A stretch of DNA of 64,000 nucleotides from Planctomycetota bacterium (GCA_026991575.1 JALXBF010000116.1:64495-128494), one strand, 5' to 3'. Positions 52,409 through 62,555 are shown, numbered from the stretch's first letter. Notes: generated from the sequence alone by a model not told the origin. Numbers and translations: made by a program.

Positions 52409-52493
52409 TGCCGAAGCCGGGACTCGAACCCGGACGGGCTTAACGCCCACTAGGTCCTGAACCTAGCGCGTCTCCCAATTCCGCCACTTCGGC
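52409..52493 (-). tRNA. tRNA-Leu (CAG), CCA not encoded
   Basis: GCCGAAGTGGCGGAATTGGGAGACGCGCTAGGTT-CAG-GACCTAG...GGTTCGAGTCCCGGCTTCGGCA with a long variable arm. Confidence 0.96.
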
Positions 52494-52505
52494 CCAATTT
52501 GGAAG

Positions 52506-52576
52506 CTGGGGAGCCTGGATTCGAACCAGGACAAGCAGATCCAGAGTCTGCTGTGCTACCGTTACACCACTCCCCA
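52506..52576 (-). tRNA. tRNA-Gln (CTG)
   Basis: TGGGGAGTGGTGTAACGGTAGCACAGCAGACT-CTG-GATCTGCTTGTCCTGGTTCGAATCCAGGCTCCCCAG. Confidence 0.96.
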
Positions 52577-52586
52577 GTTCACCTGT

Positions 52587-52615
52587 AGAGTAGGCCGCTG
52601 GCCGGCAAATGTCAA
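52587..52615 (-). promoter_or_regulatory. sigma70 promoter for tRNA-Gln/tRNA-Leu
   Basis: Minus strand TTGACA, 17-nt spacer, TACTCT, ending 10 nt upstream of tRNA-Gln. Confidence 0.75.
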
Positions 52616-52855
52616 CCTGACCACGCTGCCAACCCTCGATTCTCCTGCTGACTGCCGCCGCAGACGACCGGTCCTTCCCCACCCCGGCCAATGTCACGTG
52701 CCCAGGACCATGGCCGGACGTCCCAACCGGTCAATATCCCGCGATCGAAACGACCACGGGGCCACTTGGCCCGCCGAATGATCGCACACATCGCGCATGC
52801 GTGCCGCAGTTGCCTGCCGTACATTAAGACAAACGCCCAAGCGGAGTCGTGCCCG

Positions 52856-53701
52856 ATGTCCCAGACCGAACGCTTCCGCCTTGCCGTCGTCCAGATGAAC
52901 GTCACCTTTGCCGACCCGGACGCCAACCTGGGCCGCATCGAGCAGTACGCTCGGCAGGCGGCCGCGGAGAACGCGTGGCTGATCCTGTTCCCCGAATGCT
53001 GCCTGACGGGCTACTGCTTCCAGACGCGGGCCGAAGCGCTGCGAACGGCGCTGCCTGAGGATGCGCCGGCGCTACGGGAGATCGAGCAGCTGGCCCGGTC
53101 GCTCGGCCGCTGGCTGGTGGTCGGCTATGCCGAGCGCTCCGGCGACGATCGGCTCTACAACGCCTGCACGCTCTTCGGCCCAGAAGGCAAGGTACTGACG
53201 TACCACAAGACCCACCTACCCTCGCTCGGATTGGACAAGTTTGTGGAGCCCGGGGCTGGCCCGTATGAGGTGGTCGACGCCGGAGGTGTCCGTGTCGCCA
53301 TGAATATCTGCTACGATGTCTCCTTCCCCGAAGCAGCCCGTATCTTGACCCTGCGCGGCGCCGACCTCATCCTGCTACCCACCAACTGGCCCCCCGGTGC
53401 CGAACTGCTACCGGTGCACGTCGTCCCCACGCGGGCGCTGGAGAACAACATCTACTACGCGGCGGCGAACCGGATCGGCGTCGAACGCGGCTTCCGCTTC
53501 ATCGGCCAAAGCGTTATCTGCGCCCCCGACGGCACCGTGCTTGCCATGGCCGGGCCCGAAGAAGAGACCGTCCTGTACGCCGACATCGAACCTCAGCGGG
53601 CCCGGCAAAAACGACTCGTCCGTGTGCCGGGCAAGCATGAGATCGATCGCCTTGCGGACCGCCGCCCTGAACTGTACCGGCCCATCTGCGAGGGCCCCTG
53701 A
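52856..53701 (+). CDS. Carbon-nitrogen hydrolase (nitrilase family)
   Basis: E-K-C triad motifs LFPEC, YHKTHL, ICYDVSFPE. Also RALEN and ANRIGVE. Confidence 0.92.
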   Translation: MSQTERFRLAVVQMNVTFADPDANLGRIEQYARQAAAENAWLILFPECCLTGYCFQTRAEALRTALPEDAPALREIEQLARSLGRWLVVGYAERSGDDRLYNACTLFGPEGKVLTYHKTHLPSLGLDKFVEPGAGPYEVVDAGGVRVAMNICYDVSFPEAARILTLRGADLILLPTNWPPGAELLPVHVVPTRALENNIYYAAANRIGVERGFRFIGQSVICAPDGTVLAMAGPEEETVLYADIEPQRARQKRLVRVPGKHEIDRLADRRPELYRPICEGP

Positions 53702-53740
53702 CCAGCCCGGCAGCCCTGGCCACGGAACAACCTGCCCCCG

Positions 53741-54415
53741 TCAGCCGATCACGGCCACTGCCAGCAGGGCTGCCGCCCAGGGCAACAGGATCACGGTACC
53801 GTTGTCGTCCAACGGCGCAACCCACGGCCCCTCGGCCAGCACCGCAACAGCGGCGCCCACAACTACGGCCGGTGCCGGCGTACCCACCAACCACCACCCG
53901 GCTACCCAGATCGCCAGCGCGGCCACTAGACCGACGACTCGAGCGCACACCGCGCTTCCGTACCGGCGGCGACATTCGCCCATCAGTGGATCGATGACCG
54001 CTGCCGTCACGAACACCGGGTAAGCCAGCGATCGAGCAAGCTGGCGGGTCAGTAGTTCGCCTGTCAGTAGCACCACCAGTCCGCTGGCCACCGTCCACGC
54101 CGCCCCAGACAGCCTCGCCCGCTCGTACCCGCGCTGCCCGATGACGAGCAGGCCGTACCTTAGCCGAACCGCTTCGAACGTCAGCAGCGCGCCACCCAGG
54201 CACACGGCGACCAGCACACTGGCGGCCCGTCCCCGGCCCCCCCAAGCCGGAATCAGGTCGTAGTAGAAGCACGGAACCGCGGCTAGCGCCAGATGTGTCA
54301 GCCGCCGAAGCCAGTGACCGAAACGCCCGCCGTGGACGCGGGCATCCTCCGGGTCTAGACGTCGCCGTGCGTTGCATGTCGCCGAGAATAGCCGGTCTCG
54401 CCGTAGCGCATGCAT
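53741..54415 (-). CDS. Membrane protein resembling the dolichol/phytol kinase (CTP-dependent) superfamily; start uncertain
   Basis: RRLTH, FEAVRL, IDPLMGE and LDDN motifs with several TM segments. Confidence 0.6.
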   Translation of the reverse strand: MHALRRDRLFSATCNARRRLDPEDARVHGGRFGHWLRRLTHLALAAVPCFYYDLIPAWGGRGRAASVLVAVCLGGALLTFEAVRLRYGLLVIGQRGYERARLSGAAWTVASGLVVLLTGELLTRQLARSLAYPVFVTAAVIDPLMGECRRRYGSAVCARVVGLVAALAIWVAGWWLVGTPAPAVVVGAAVAVLAEGPWVAPLDDNGTVILLPWAAALLAVAVIG

Positions 54416-54474
54416 CGAAACGCTATAGTATTCAGCGTAGTGCCCTAACCGCTGAGATTGGGTGGTTCTGTCCA

Positions 54475-55638
54475 ATGCTACGTTCTCATCGTCTGAGAGC
54501 CTGGCTGGTCGGCAAGTCCCCATCACGGCTTTTGACCGTGCTGCTGCTAGCTGTCCCGCCTTCTCCACTCATGGCGCAGCAGCTCAAGCAGCCCACGGTT
54601 CAGCCGCCCCAGCAGCCGGCACCGCCAGGACACGCTCGCTATCCGGACGCAGAACGTGAGGAGCTCGTGCCGGGCTTTCCCATCGGTGATCCGGCCGCCC
54701 TGCACCCGAAGGCGGACTGGCAGTTGAAATCGAACATCTTCCTGCGAACGGCGAAGCGCTACCGCGTGTCGCTGGAAGGGCTGTGGCGGTTCGGGCCGGT
54801 GCTTGACCCACAGGAGCACCCGATCCGCTCTGAGATGGGCTGGTTGAAGCTTCCAGGTCTGTGGACTGACCCCGAGGCGATCGTCTACGACGCCACTCAC
54901 AAGATCGCGGAGGGCCGCTGGGCCGGACGGCCTCTGAGCCGTTACCCGGTGGCCTGGCTGGAGCGTGAGCTGTACGCGCCGGCTTCGTGGATCTCCAAAC
55001 TGATCTACATCACGGTCCGCGGCCCGTATGCCGACGCGACGTTGCACGTGAACGGCGAACCGGTAGCGCCCTCAGCAAGAGGGGATGACCACGTGGTTTA
55101 CGAAGTCACTTCTTACCTCGTCTACCCCGGTTGGAATCTGCTCGACCTGCGCAAGCGCGTACCCATCGAGCAAGCAAACGTCACCGCCGAGCTGCCCCTC
55201 GAAGTGCCGATCGAAGTGGACCGGCCGCAACCGCCATCGCGCAAGTTCACCGAGAAGAAGCCGTTGATCTACGTGGACGTCATCCCCGCCGGCCCACACT
55301 TCGAAAGTGTCACTGTGCGCCAGGAGGGTCCAGACACCTGGGTTGCGCATTGCCAGCTCGGACTTCCGCCCATCTTCCCGTTCCCCGCGCGCGACACCGA
55401 CCCGGTTCCCACCTTCGACCTGGTGATTCTCGAAGGGGGTTCCCGTGAGGCCGATCTCGACGATCCTGTCCTGCACGAGCGGTTCGTGCTGAAGAAGCGG
55501 CCGCGTAAGCCGCTGCCGTTCAGATTCAAGCTCAGAACCGCGAAGCCAACCACGCTCACCCTGCGACTGTACGAGGTAGCCAACGGGACCCGCGTCCTGC
55601 GCGACGAGTTCTACCCGATCCAGATCGAGGCGCCTTAG
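54475..55638 (+). CDS. Secreted hypothetical protein with a GH2-like sugar-binding N-terminal fold
   Basis: Signal peptide, VSLEGLWRF, LPGLW, LHVNGEPV, YEVTSYL..GWNLL. No catalytic barrel seen. Confidence 0.55.
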   Translation: MLRSHRLRAWLVGKSPSRLLTVLLLAVPPSPLMAQQLKQPTVQPPQQPAPPGHARYPDAEREELVPGFPIGDPAALHPKADWQLKSNIFLRTAKRYRVSLEGLWRFGPVLDPQEHPIRSEMGWLKLPGLWTDPEAIVYDATHKIAEGRWAGRPLSRYPVAWLERELYAPASWISKLIYITVRGPYADATLHVNGEPVAPSARGDDHVVYEVTSYLVYPGWNLLDLRKRVPIEQANVTAELPLEVPIEVDRPQPPSRKFTEKKPLIYVDVIPAGPHFESVTVRQEGPDTWVAHCQLGLPPIFPFPARDTDPVPTFDLVILEGGSREADLDDPVLHERFVLKKRPRKPLPFRFKLRTAKPTTLTLRLYEVANGTRVLRDEFYPIQIEAP

Positions 55639-55903
55639 GACCTGCGCGCACGCTCCCCCTTGCCACTTACGGCACGCGCGGACGGCGTAGGTACCGGGGC
55701 GAGCCGCGCTCTGCTGCTGCGCCGGCCGTGTGCCGTGTCCAACTCGGGCTTGACGCGGTGGCAGGTTGCGACCAGATCAGGCGGCGTCTTGGACGACGGG
55801 CCCACCCGGAGTGACCAGACAGAAGGCCCGGCCGCCCCCCTGTCTTCAGCCCCTTGCCCCGGTGGTCCCGCCCGGGGGTGCGGCCCGCCGGAGCCGCTCG
55901 TCG

Positions 55904-56122
55904 CTACGTCAATTCGGACGCTTTCTCGGCAGCCTGAAAGCCGCACTCCTTGTGACTGCCGTCGCAGAACGGCTTGCGCTTCGTGTGCCCGCACCGGCAC
56001 AGCGCAATGGCGGGCTTATCGGCAGGCAGCGGGATCTCGTTGCCTTCGGTATCCAGCAACTTGATGGGGCCTTCGATGACGATCGGGCCGTTCGGACGTA
56101 GACGCACGATCACTTCAGCCAT
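55904..56122 (-). CDS. CDGSH iron-sulfur domain protein
   Basis: NGPIVIEG, ALCRCGHTKRKPFCDGSH. GGAGG RBS. Confidence 0.92.
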   Translation of the reverse strand: MAEVIVRLRPNGPIVIEGPIKLLDTEGNEIPLPADKPAIALCRCGHTKRKPFCDGSHKECGFQAAEKASELT

Positions 56123-57521
56123 TCTTGCCACCTCCGCGTTCTGCCGGATCAGTTCTCAGTCGGTTGCCTTCGGCGAGTGCTGCCCTGACCCGGTCCACGA
56201 GTTCGCTCAGAGGCAAGTCGCGCTGTTGCTGACGGGTCTGTAGGTTGCGTAATGCGAAGGTCCCCTGGGCAAGCTCGTCGGGGCCGATAATTAGCGCGAA
56301 GCGATAGCCCCGGCTAGAAGCATAGCCAAGCTGATCGCGGAGCGGTCTTGGATCGGGGAAGATTTCGCACCCGATGCCTGCTTGGCGTAGACGGTGTGCG
56401 AGGCGGAAGTATACGCGGACGTCGCCGCCGGGGAAGTTGACGAGGAGCACAGGAGCGGTTGCCGCCTGGGGCTGAAGCCAGCCGGCTTCCGCCATAAGCG
56501 CAAGCAGGCGATCGACCCCGAAGGAGGCGCCAACGCCGGGCAACTCGATGGAAGTGAACAGACCCGCCAGGTCGTCGTACCGGCCACCGGCCGCCACGGC
56601 ACCGAAGGACTCATAGCCGTCGACGGTTGTCTCAAAGATGATGCCCGTGTAGTAGTCCAGGCCGCGTGCCAGCGAGGGATCGATCCGGAAGGTAGCACCG
56701 TCCAGTTCTGCGGCCTCCAGCAGCGCCAGCACCTCCTCCAGTCGTGTCAGCCCCTGAGAAGCAGTCTCGTGCCCGGCCAGCAACTCTCGGAGCGCTGCCA
56801 GCACGCTGGCGTTGTCGTTCTTACGCAGCTGGTCAAGTTGCTGAAGCAGCTGTTCCGCTACGTCGTGAGGCACCAGCGGCTGGTTGTCGGCGCCGCGCAG
56901 CGCCGCCAGCTCTCGGGCAACCCCATCTCGGCCGACCTTGTCCCATTTGTCCAACACACGCAGCACGGCACTTCGGTGGGCAAGGAGTCCAAAGTGGGCA
57001 AGCAACCCATCGAGCACCCGACGGTCGTTAAGGCGGACGGTAAAGGCGGGTATGCCGGCCGCGCGGAGGCCGTCGTGGATGATTTCGGCCACCTCTGCAT
57101 CGGCCACCACCGAGCGGCTGCCTACGATGTCGAAATCGCACTGGTAGAACTCACGGTACCGGCCGCGTTGGGCACGTTCGCCGCGGAACACCAGGCCGAT
57201 GTGGTAACGTTTGAACGGCACACCCACGTCGCTGACGTGCGCAGCCATGTAGCGGGCTAGCGGCACGGTCAGGTCGAAGCGCAGCGCCAGGTCGCTGTCC
57301 TCGAGCCGCTGTCCCCGCTGCGCGACCTCGTAGATCTGCCGCTGGATCTCATCGCCACCCTTGGCGTAAAGCACTTCACGCCGCTCTAGCACGGGGGTAT
57401 CGATCGGCACGAAGCCGTGCCCCTCGAACGTGCTCCGGAAGACACTCAGCAGCCGGTCCCGCGCGATGGCCTGCGCGGGCAACAAGTCCCGGGTTCCGGA
57501 TGGCACACGCGGCTCAATCAT
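56115..57521 (-). CDS. hisS: Histidine--tRNA ligase
   Basis: PSGTRD, ALRFDLTVPLARY, FRGERAQRGRYREFYQCDFD, ARGLDYYTG, GGRYD. Confidence 0.96.
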   Translation of the reverse strand: MIEPRVPSGTRDLLPAQAIARDRLLSVFRSTFEGHGFVPIDTPVLERREVLYAKGGDEIQRQIYEVAQRGQRLEDSDLALRFDLTVPLARYMAAHVSDVGVPFKRYHIGLVFRGERAQRGRYREFYQCDFDIVGSRSVVADAEVAEIIHDGLRAAGIPAFTVRLNDRRVLDGLLAHFGLLAHRSAVLRVLDKWDKVGRDGVARELAALRGADNQPLVPHDVAEQLLQQLDQLRKNDNASVLAALRELLAGHETASQGLTRLEEVLALLEAAELDGATFRIDPSLARGLDYYTGIIFETTVDGYESFGAVAAGGRYDDLAGLFTSIELPGVGASFGVDRLLALMAEAGWLQPQAATAPVLLVNFPGGDVRVYFRLAHRLRQAGIGCEIFPDPRPLRDQLGYASSRGYRFALIIGPDELAQGTFALRNLQTRQQQRDLPLSELVDRVRAALAEGNRLRTDPAERGGGKNG

Positions 57522-57802
57522 CGCCGAGCACCTCACTGCGACGAACATGGCATCATAGGCCGTGCCCGGCCACCTGGCCAGCGAACCGACCGGCCTCCGG
57601 CGCATCCTTCAACCAGCGGACTGCCTCACCGAACAGTTCCCCCTGTCCCGGCCCCGCGATCACGGCGCGGCGAGCTAACACACCGGGCATGCGTACAGCT
57701 TTCGCACGGCAAGAGAAGCGCGGCCGTGACGTGTGCAACACGCCGGTCCGCTCCGCGGCGGGAGGGGGGGCACCGGACGGATCCCAGCACGCAAGCACTC
57801 GC

Positions 57803-58741
57803 TTACCGCTTCGGATAGATCACGAACTCCACCCGACGATTCTTCGCCTTGCCGGCCGCGGTGCGGTTGGAAGCGATCGGACGGGTTGGGCCGTAGCCGG
57901 CGACGAAAAGTCGGTCAGCTGGGACGCCCTCTTTTCGTGTCAGGTACTCAAAGACCGCAAGGGCGCGCTCGGTGGCCAGCTCGTGGTTGCTGCCCCAGCT
58001 GCTCTTGCGAATGGGATCGGCATCGGTGTGCCCTTCAATGCCGACCATGTACCCGGCGTACTCGGACTTCAGAACACGCGCGATTCGCTGAAGCACCGCC
58101 CGCGCCTCGGGTCGTACCTTAGCTTTGCCCGGGTCGAAGAGCGGGACCGAAGTGATCCGGATCCTGACCACATCGCCGTCACGAACGACTTCGGCACCGC
58201 GGATTCGCACAAGCGGAATGCGATCGGCGGCGCGGGAAGCTCCCGAACCGACCGTGCTGCTGGCGGCCACGCGCGTCGAGCGCGACCGCCACGCAGAACG
58301 GCGCGTGGCCGGACCAAAGGCCTTCTGCGACGACTGGTGCGGCGCTGCCGGCGGCAGTGGGCTACGTGCGGCAAGTTCCAGCGTCGGTCTTGAGGGCTGG
58401 CTATCCCAGGGCATCGAGCTTGTGGTGCCGGCTGTCGAACTGGTCCGGCCGGTGGCCGGGAAGGTTACCCGGCTTGCCATCTGACTCCGTAGCCGGCGCA
58501 CTTCTGCCTGTTCACGGGCAAGCAGGCGGTGGAGCTCCTGGTTGTCCTGTTCGAGGGCCTGGAGGCGGGCTTGCGCCTGAGCCAACTGGCTCTGGCACTG
58601 GCGGTTGGCGCGGCGCAGCTGCTGGTAGTTTCCCAGCGCGGTGAAGGGATTGGTCAGCTGCGTCGACTGACAGCCGACAGTCCCGAGCAGAACGGCAGTA
58701 GACAGGCTCACGAAGCGGACACATCTGAGCCAACCAGCCAT
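57803..58741 (-). CDS. OmpA/MotB domain lipoprotein
   Basis: Lipobox-like TVGC, coiled coil, LFDPGKA, IEGHTD, NHELATERA, NRRVEF. Confidence 0.9.
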   Translation of the reverse strand: MAGWLRCVRFVSLSTAVLLGTVGCQSTQLTNPFTALGNYQQLRRANRQCQSQLAQAQARLQALEQDNQELHRLLAREQAEVRRLRSQMASRVTFPATGRTSSTAGTTSSMPWDSQPSRPTLELAARSPLPPAAPHQSSQKAFGPATRRSAWRSRSTRVAASSTVGSGASRAADRIPLVRIRGAEVVRDGDVVRIRITSVPLFDPGKAKVRPEARAVLQRIARVLKSEYAGYMVGIEGHTDADPIRKSSWGSNHELATERALAVFEYLTRKEGVPADRLFVAGYGPTRPIASNRTAAGKAKNRRVEFVIYPKR

Positions 58742-58774
58742 CCCTGCCTCCCTGTCTCCTGCCCGCGCCGGGGT

Positions 58775-59011
58775 TCAGCGGCGACGAAGCTGCCGCACGG
58801 TCTGCACCAGCTTCAGGACGCCCGCACCGATGAGGCCGGACGCCAGCATCACAAACCAAGCTGGGCTGTTAAACTCCCCTAGCAGCGGGAAGCGGACGAC
58901 GATCCTCTGGCTGTTCGCGATGATGAACCCTGCCACGATCGCGCCCAGCACGCCGTAGACAATGAGATGCCACCTCTCTCTGATTCTTCGGACCGCTTCC
59001 GACACTTTCAT
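58775..59011 (-). CDS. LapA/DUF1049-like small membrane protein
   Basis: Two TM segments with FIIANSQRIVVRF. GGGGAGG RBS. Confidence 0.75.
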   Translation of the reverse strand: MKVSEAVRRIRERWHLIVYGVLGAIVAGFIIANSQRIVVRFPLLGEFNSPAWFVMLASGLIGAGVLKLVQTVRQLRRR

Positions 59012-59033
59012 TAGAAAACCTCCCCGAGCCTAC

Positions 59034-60323
59034 CTAACCCGCAAAAAGCAGCCTTAGCAACAAGCGGAGCGCTTCTGCACGGGGCGCCACCAGTACCCAC
59101 AGCTCGGGCCACGCCAGTACCACGGTCACGGCGGCCGCTGCCAGGAACGGCCCGAGCGGGATCTCGCGCTCGCCAAACAAGATGAACCGCACGAGGCTGA
59201 AGCCGATCGCATAGAACGGTGCGATGAAGAACGCCAGCACTGCAGCTTGCCAGCCGAGCAGACTGCCCACCGCAGCCATGAGCGTCACATCGCCAAAGCC
59301 AAGCGCCTCGCGGGCAAGCCAGGGGGCAAATGCCATCCAGGGCTGGGTCGGGTCGGCCCCTGTTAGGATTACCCGAAACACGTCTGCCTGACTGGGAATC
59401 AAGTCCCGCCGGTACACACGGCCCTGCACACGGCGCCGTCTCAGCCACTGCCGTGCCCGCCACGCCAGCAGGCATCGCTTCAATTGCAAGTAGCCGTTGC
59501 CGAGCAGCCTGAACGACCAAACCGATGCCGCCCCTCCGAGCAGGCCGAGCACCCACGTCCACCACCCATTCCACTGTCCTACCGTCAGCAGTACCTCGGG
59601 CACCGCCCCGAACCGCCGCCAGCAAACGACGTAGGCTGCCAGATACAGCGCCAGCGCAGCCCAGGCGGTGAGCATGACCAGGTCGGCCGGGCCGACGAAT
59701 CGGGGGATTGTGCGCCGCCGCCATAAGAAAACGGCCCAGTGCAGGCAGCCCACTGCGAGGGCCACGACCAGTGCCGTGAACCAGCGGCGGGCCGTCGGAG
59801 TCCAGGCATCCAGCATCGGCACGATCGACTGCACCGTGCGCAGCGGGACGTCCGGGACGAGCAGGCAGAACAACAGGCCGGCGACCATCAGGGGCACCGT
59901 GACACTGTCTGGAATAACCAGGTACCGCAGGTCGATTGCGCTGGCAACGATGAGTCCGCTAAAGAGGATGCCGTGAGCGAGGAACCTGGCCAGGCTGGCC
60001 CCGCCCTCGGCGGGATCGATCACGTCGCGCCAGAAAGCGGCCAGCCACAGCAAACCGCTAAGCAATTCAACGAGCGGATAGCGCAGCGGTATCGGCTCGC
60101 CACAGTGTCGGCACCGGCCGCGGAGGAACAGGTACGAGAGAATCGGAATGTTCTCGTACCAGCGGATCGGCTCCTGACAACGCGGGCAGTGCGACGGTGG
60201 CCAGAGAATGCTTAGGCCGGCCGGGATCCGGTAGATGCACACGTTCAGGAAACTGCCGATGCACGTTCCACCGGCGAATACCACCAGCAGCCAGTACCAA
60301 GTTGGCAGCGTCGCTTCGATCAC
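59034..60323 (-). CDS. pilD: Prepilin peptidase (A24)
   Basis: GSFLNVCIYRIP, SHCPRC, NIPILSYLFLRGRCRHC, IDL, LGFGDV, IPLGPFL. Confidence 0.92.
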   Translation of the reverse strand: MIEATLPTWYWLLVVFAGGTCIGSFLNVCIYRIPAGLSILWPPSHCPRCQEPIRWYENIPILSYLFLRGRCRHCGEPIPLRYPLVELLSGLLWLAAFWRDVIDPAEGGASLARFLAHGILFSGLIVASAIDLRYLVIPDSVTVPLMVAGLLFCLLVPDVPLRTVQSIVPMLDAWTPTARRWFTALVVALAVGCLHWAVFLWRRRTIPRFVGPADLVMLTAWAALALYLAAYVVCWRRFGAVPEVLLTVGQWNGWWTWVLGLLGGAASVWSFRLLGNGYLQLKRCLLAWRARQWLRRRRVQGRVYRRDLIPSQADVFRVILTGADPTQPWMAFAPWLAREALGFGDVTLMAAVGSLLGWQAAVLAFFIAPFYAIGFSLVRFILFGEREIPLGPFLAAAAVTVVLAWPELWVLVAPRAEALRLLLRLLFAG

Positions 60324-60889
60324 CGTCGCACGTCGTTCTTAGCTCGAGGCCCGGGGCACGGCAGGGCGTGCAGCCATGCCACAATGCGGCCAGCCACCTG
60401 TTCGACCGGTAATTCGTCGGTGTCGATCGTCAGCTTAGCAACCTCACGGTACAGCGGCTCACGGACCCGCAGCAGCGTTCGGATCTCGTCAAGCATGTCT
60501 AGCTCGGTCAGCGGAGGCCGGTCATCCGCGGACTGGCTGTCGGCTTGTAGTCGGGCGAGGATAACCTCCGGTCGAGCACGGAGCCAGACGACCGGCAGCG
60601 GGGCGAGCAGCGCCCGGTTCTCGGCCCTCAGCACGACACCGCCTCCTGTGGCGATGACCGCGGCCGTGGTACCCAGCAGCTCCCTCAGCAGCTCGGCTTC
60701 GCGCTTCCGGAAGCCGCTTTCCCCTTCTTCGGCGAAGATCTCCCGGATGGTCTTCCCCGCGCGCCGGACAATGAGCCGGTCCGTGTCGACCCAGGGCCAG
60801 CCGAGCGACTGGGCCACGAGCGGCGCTACGGAGCTCTTGCCCGTGCAGCGGTAGCCGACGAGCACCACAGGGCACTTGCCCACCGTCAC
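60320..60889 (-). CDS. aroK: Shikimate kinase
   Basis: GYRCTGKS, DTD, GESGFRKRE, ATGGGVV, RPPL, REPLY. Confidence 0.93.
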   Translation of the reverse strand: MTVGKCPVVLVGYRCTGKSSVAPLVAQSLGWPWVDTDRLIVRRAGKTIREIFAEEGESGFRKREAELLRELLGTTAAVIATGGGVVLRAENRALLAPLPVVWLRARPEVILARLQADSQSADDRPPLTELDMLDEIRTLLRVREPLYREVAKLTIDTDELPVEQVAGRIVAWLHALPCPGPRAKNDVRR

Positions 60890-62388
60890 GACTCGCTCCG
60901 AGTAAAAGCTGATAGGGAAAGCTCCTTGCGGGCCACCTCCAGCATCAATTCCTCGGGCGCCTCCTCCTGAGTGAAGAGCTGGAACTGCAGCACGGCCTGC
61001 TTAATGAACATCTCCAGGCCGGTGATCACACGGCATCCGCGTGCCCGCGCTTCCTTGATGAGCAACGTATTCTCGGGGTGGTACACGGTGTCGAAGACCA
61101 CCATCCCCTCCTCCAGAAACCCCGGTGAGACAGGAATCTCGTCGACGTTGGGGAACATACCGATCGGGGTGCAGTTGATGAGTACGTCGCAGGGTACCGC
61201 AGTGCGCTGCTGCCAGCTGACATGCCTGGCGCCCGCTTCGCGTGCAAGCGCCTCGGCACGCTCGAGCGTACGGCCGCAGACCGTCACAAACGCGCCGCGT
61301 CGCACCAGACCGAACACCACGGCACGCGCCACCCCCCCTGCCCCCAGTACCAGCACCCTACGGCCACTGAAAGGCTTCGCCTCGCCCAGCTCGGCACCCA
61401 GCTTTGCCTCCAGCAGCATCATTGCCGCGCGGTAGTCCGTGTTGTGTCCTTCCCAGGCACCGTCACGGCGGACCAGCGTATTGAGCGCGCGGACCATCTT
61501 CACGGCACCATCGGCATACTGCACTCGAGCCACCGCTGACTCTTTGTGTGGGATCGTCACGCTGAAGCCCTGGATCCGGAGCGGTTCAACATCGTCCAGG
61601 AACGTCTGGAACTGCTGGCGCGTCACCCGAAACGGCACATATACGGCGTTGACGCCGACCTCTCGAAACGCCGCGTTGTGCACGTGCGGACTTAGACTGT
61701 GGCCCACCGGGTCGCCGATCACGGCGTAGATGCGGGTGTCCTGGTTGAGGCGGTTGAAGTGATAAACGTCCTTCATCTCGCGGAACGTCAACTGTCCTGG
61801 GGCCAGCCGCCGCTGCGGGTTGAAGGCAGCGTAGGTGAAGGGGGCGCCGAAGATTCCGCAAAGAATACGGCTCGGAATGCCAAAGTCGCCCATACAGAAC
61901 GCGATCGTCGGCACAGAGCTCTTGCGAATCAATTCAAGGACTCGCACGTTGTCGCGCGGGTGCTCAGCCAGCGTGACGATCTTGATGATGTCTGGATCGA
62001 GCGACTGCAGGTGACGGTGGATGATGTCGAGATTCTCAGGCGTGGTCTCGAAGTTGTGGTAACTGATGATCCGCTTCGTCTTGCCGTAGCGAGGAATCTC
62101 GTCGGCAATGTCGGCTTCCAGATCGACGTAGTCGACACCTTCGGCAATCGCCGTCCGCAAGATGAGCTGTCGCTGGTCCTCTTTGCCCGCGAATCGGCCG
62201 CCCTCCGAGCCGCGACGGCACGTGATAACCACCGGCACAGGCCGCTCGGCCAGTAGCCGCCGGAAATCGGGCGGCCGACGGAGGTAGTCCAGGCGAAGCT
62301 CAACCAGATCAGCCCCCTGCTTGGCCGCCTCCTTGTATTCGGCAATCATCATCTTGTGCCGCGTTCGGGCGATCGAAACGCAAATCAT
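60886..62388 (-). CDS. aroE: Bifunctional type I 3-dehydroquinate dehydratase / shikimate dehydrogenase (AroD-AroE fusion)
   Basis: ELRLD, SYHNF and APGQ (AroD part), then GDPVGHSLSP, SVTIPHK, NTD and GAGGVARA (AroE part). Confidence 0.93.
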   Translation of the reverse strand: MICVSIARTRHKMMIAEYKEAAKQGADLVELRLDYLRRPPDFRRLLAERPVPVVITCRRGSEGGRFAGKEDQRQLILRTAIAEGVDYVDLEADIADEIPRYGKTKRIISYHNFETTPENLDIIHRHLQSLDPDIIKIVTLAEHPRDNVRVLELIRKSSVPTIAFCMGDFGIPSRILCGIFGAPFTYAAFNPQRRLAPGQLTFREMKDVYHFNRLNQDTRIYAVIGDPVGHSLSPHVHNAAFREVGVNAVYVPFRVTRQQFQTFLDDVEPLRIQGFSVTIPHKESAVARVQYADGAVKMVRALNTLVRRDGAWEGHNTDYRAAMMLLEAKLGAELGEAKPFSGRRVLVLGAGGVARAVVFGLVRRGAFVTVCGRTLERAEALAREAGARHVSWQQRTAVPCDVLINCTPIGMFPNVDEIPVSPGFLEEGMVVFDTVYHPENTLLIKEARARGCRVITGLEMFIKQAVLQFQLFTQEEAPEELMLEVARKELSLSAFTRSES

Positions 62389-62485
62389 TGCGGAACCGCT
62401 CCGAAGGGATGATCTGCAAGACGAATCGACGGATCCCTAAATCATAGGTCACCGCCCCAGCCGCTATGTGGCACCGGCAGCGCAC

Positions 62486-62518
62486 GAAAAGACGCCACGG
62501 CCTTGAGACCGTGGCGTC
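62486..62518 (-). terminator. Intrinsic terminator after the YTV-like gene
   Basis: Minus strand GACGCCACGG-TCTCAAGG-CCGTGGCGTC followed by TTTT. Confidence 0.8.
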
Positions 62519-62555
62519 CGCGGCTATGTACTACGAAGGGCTAGGCAAGCATTGG

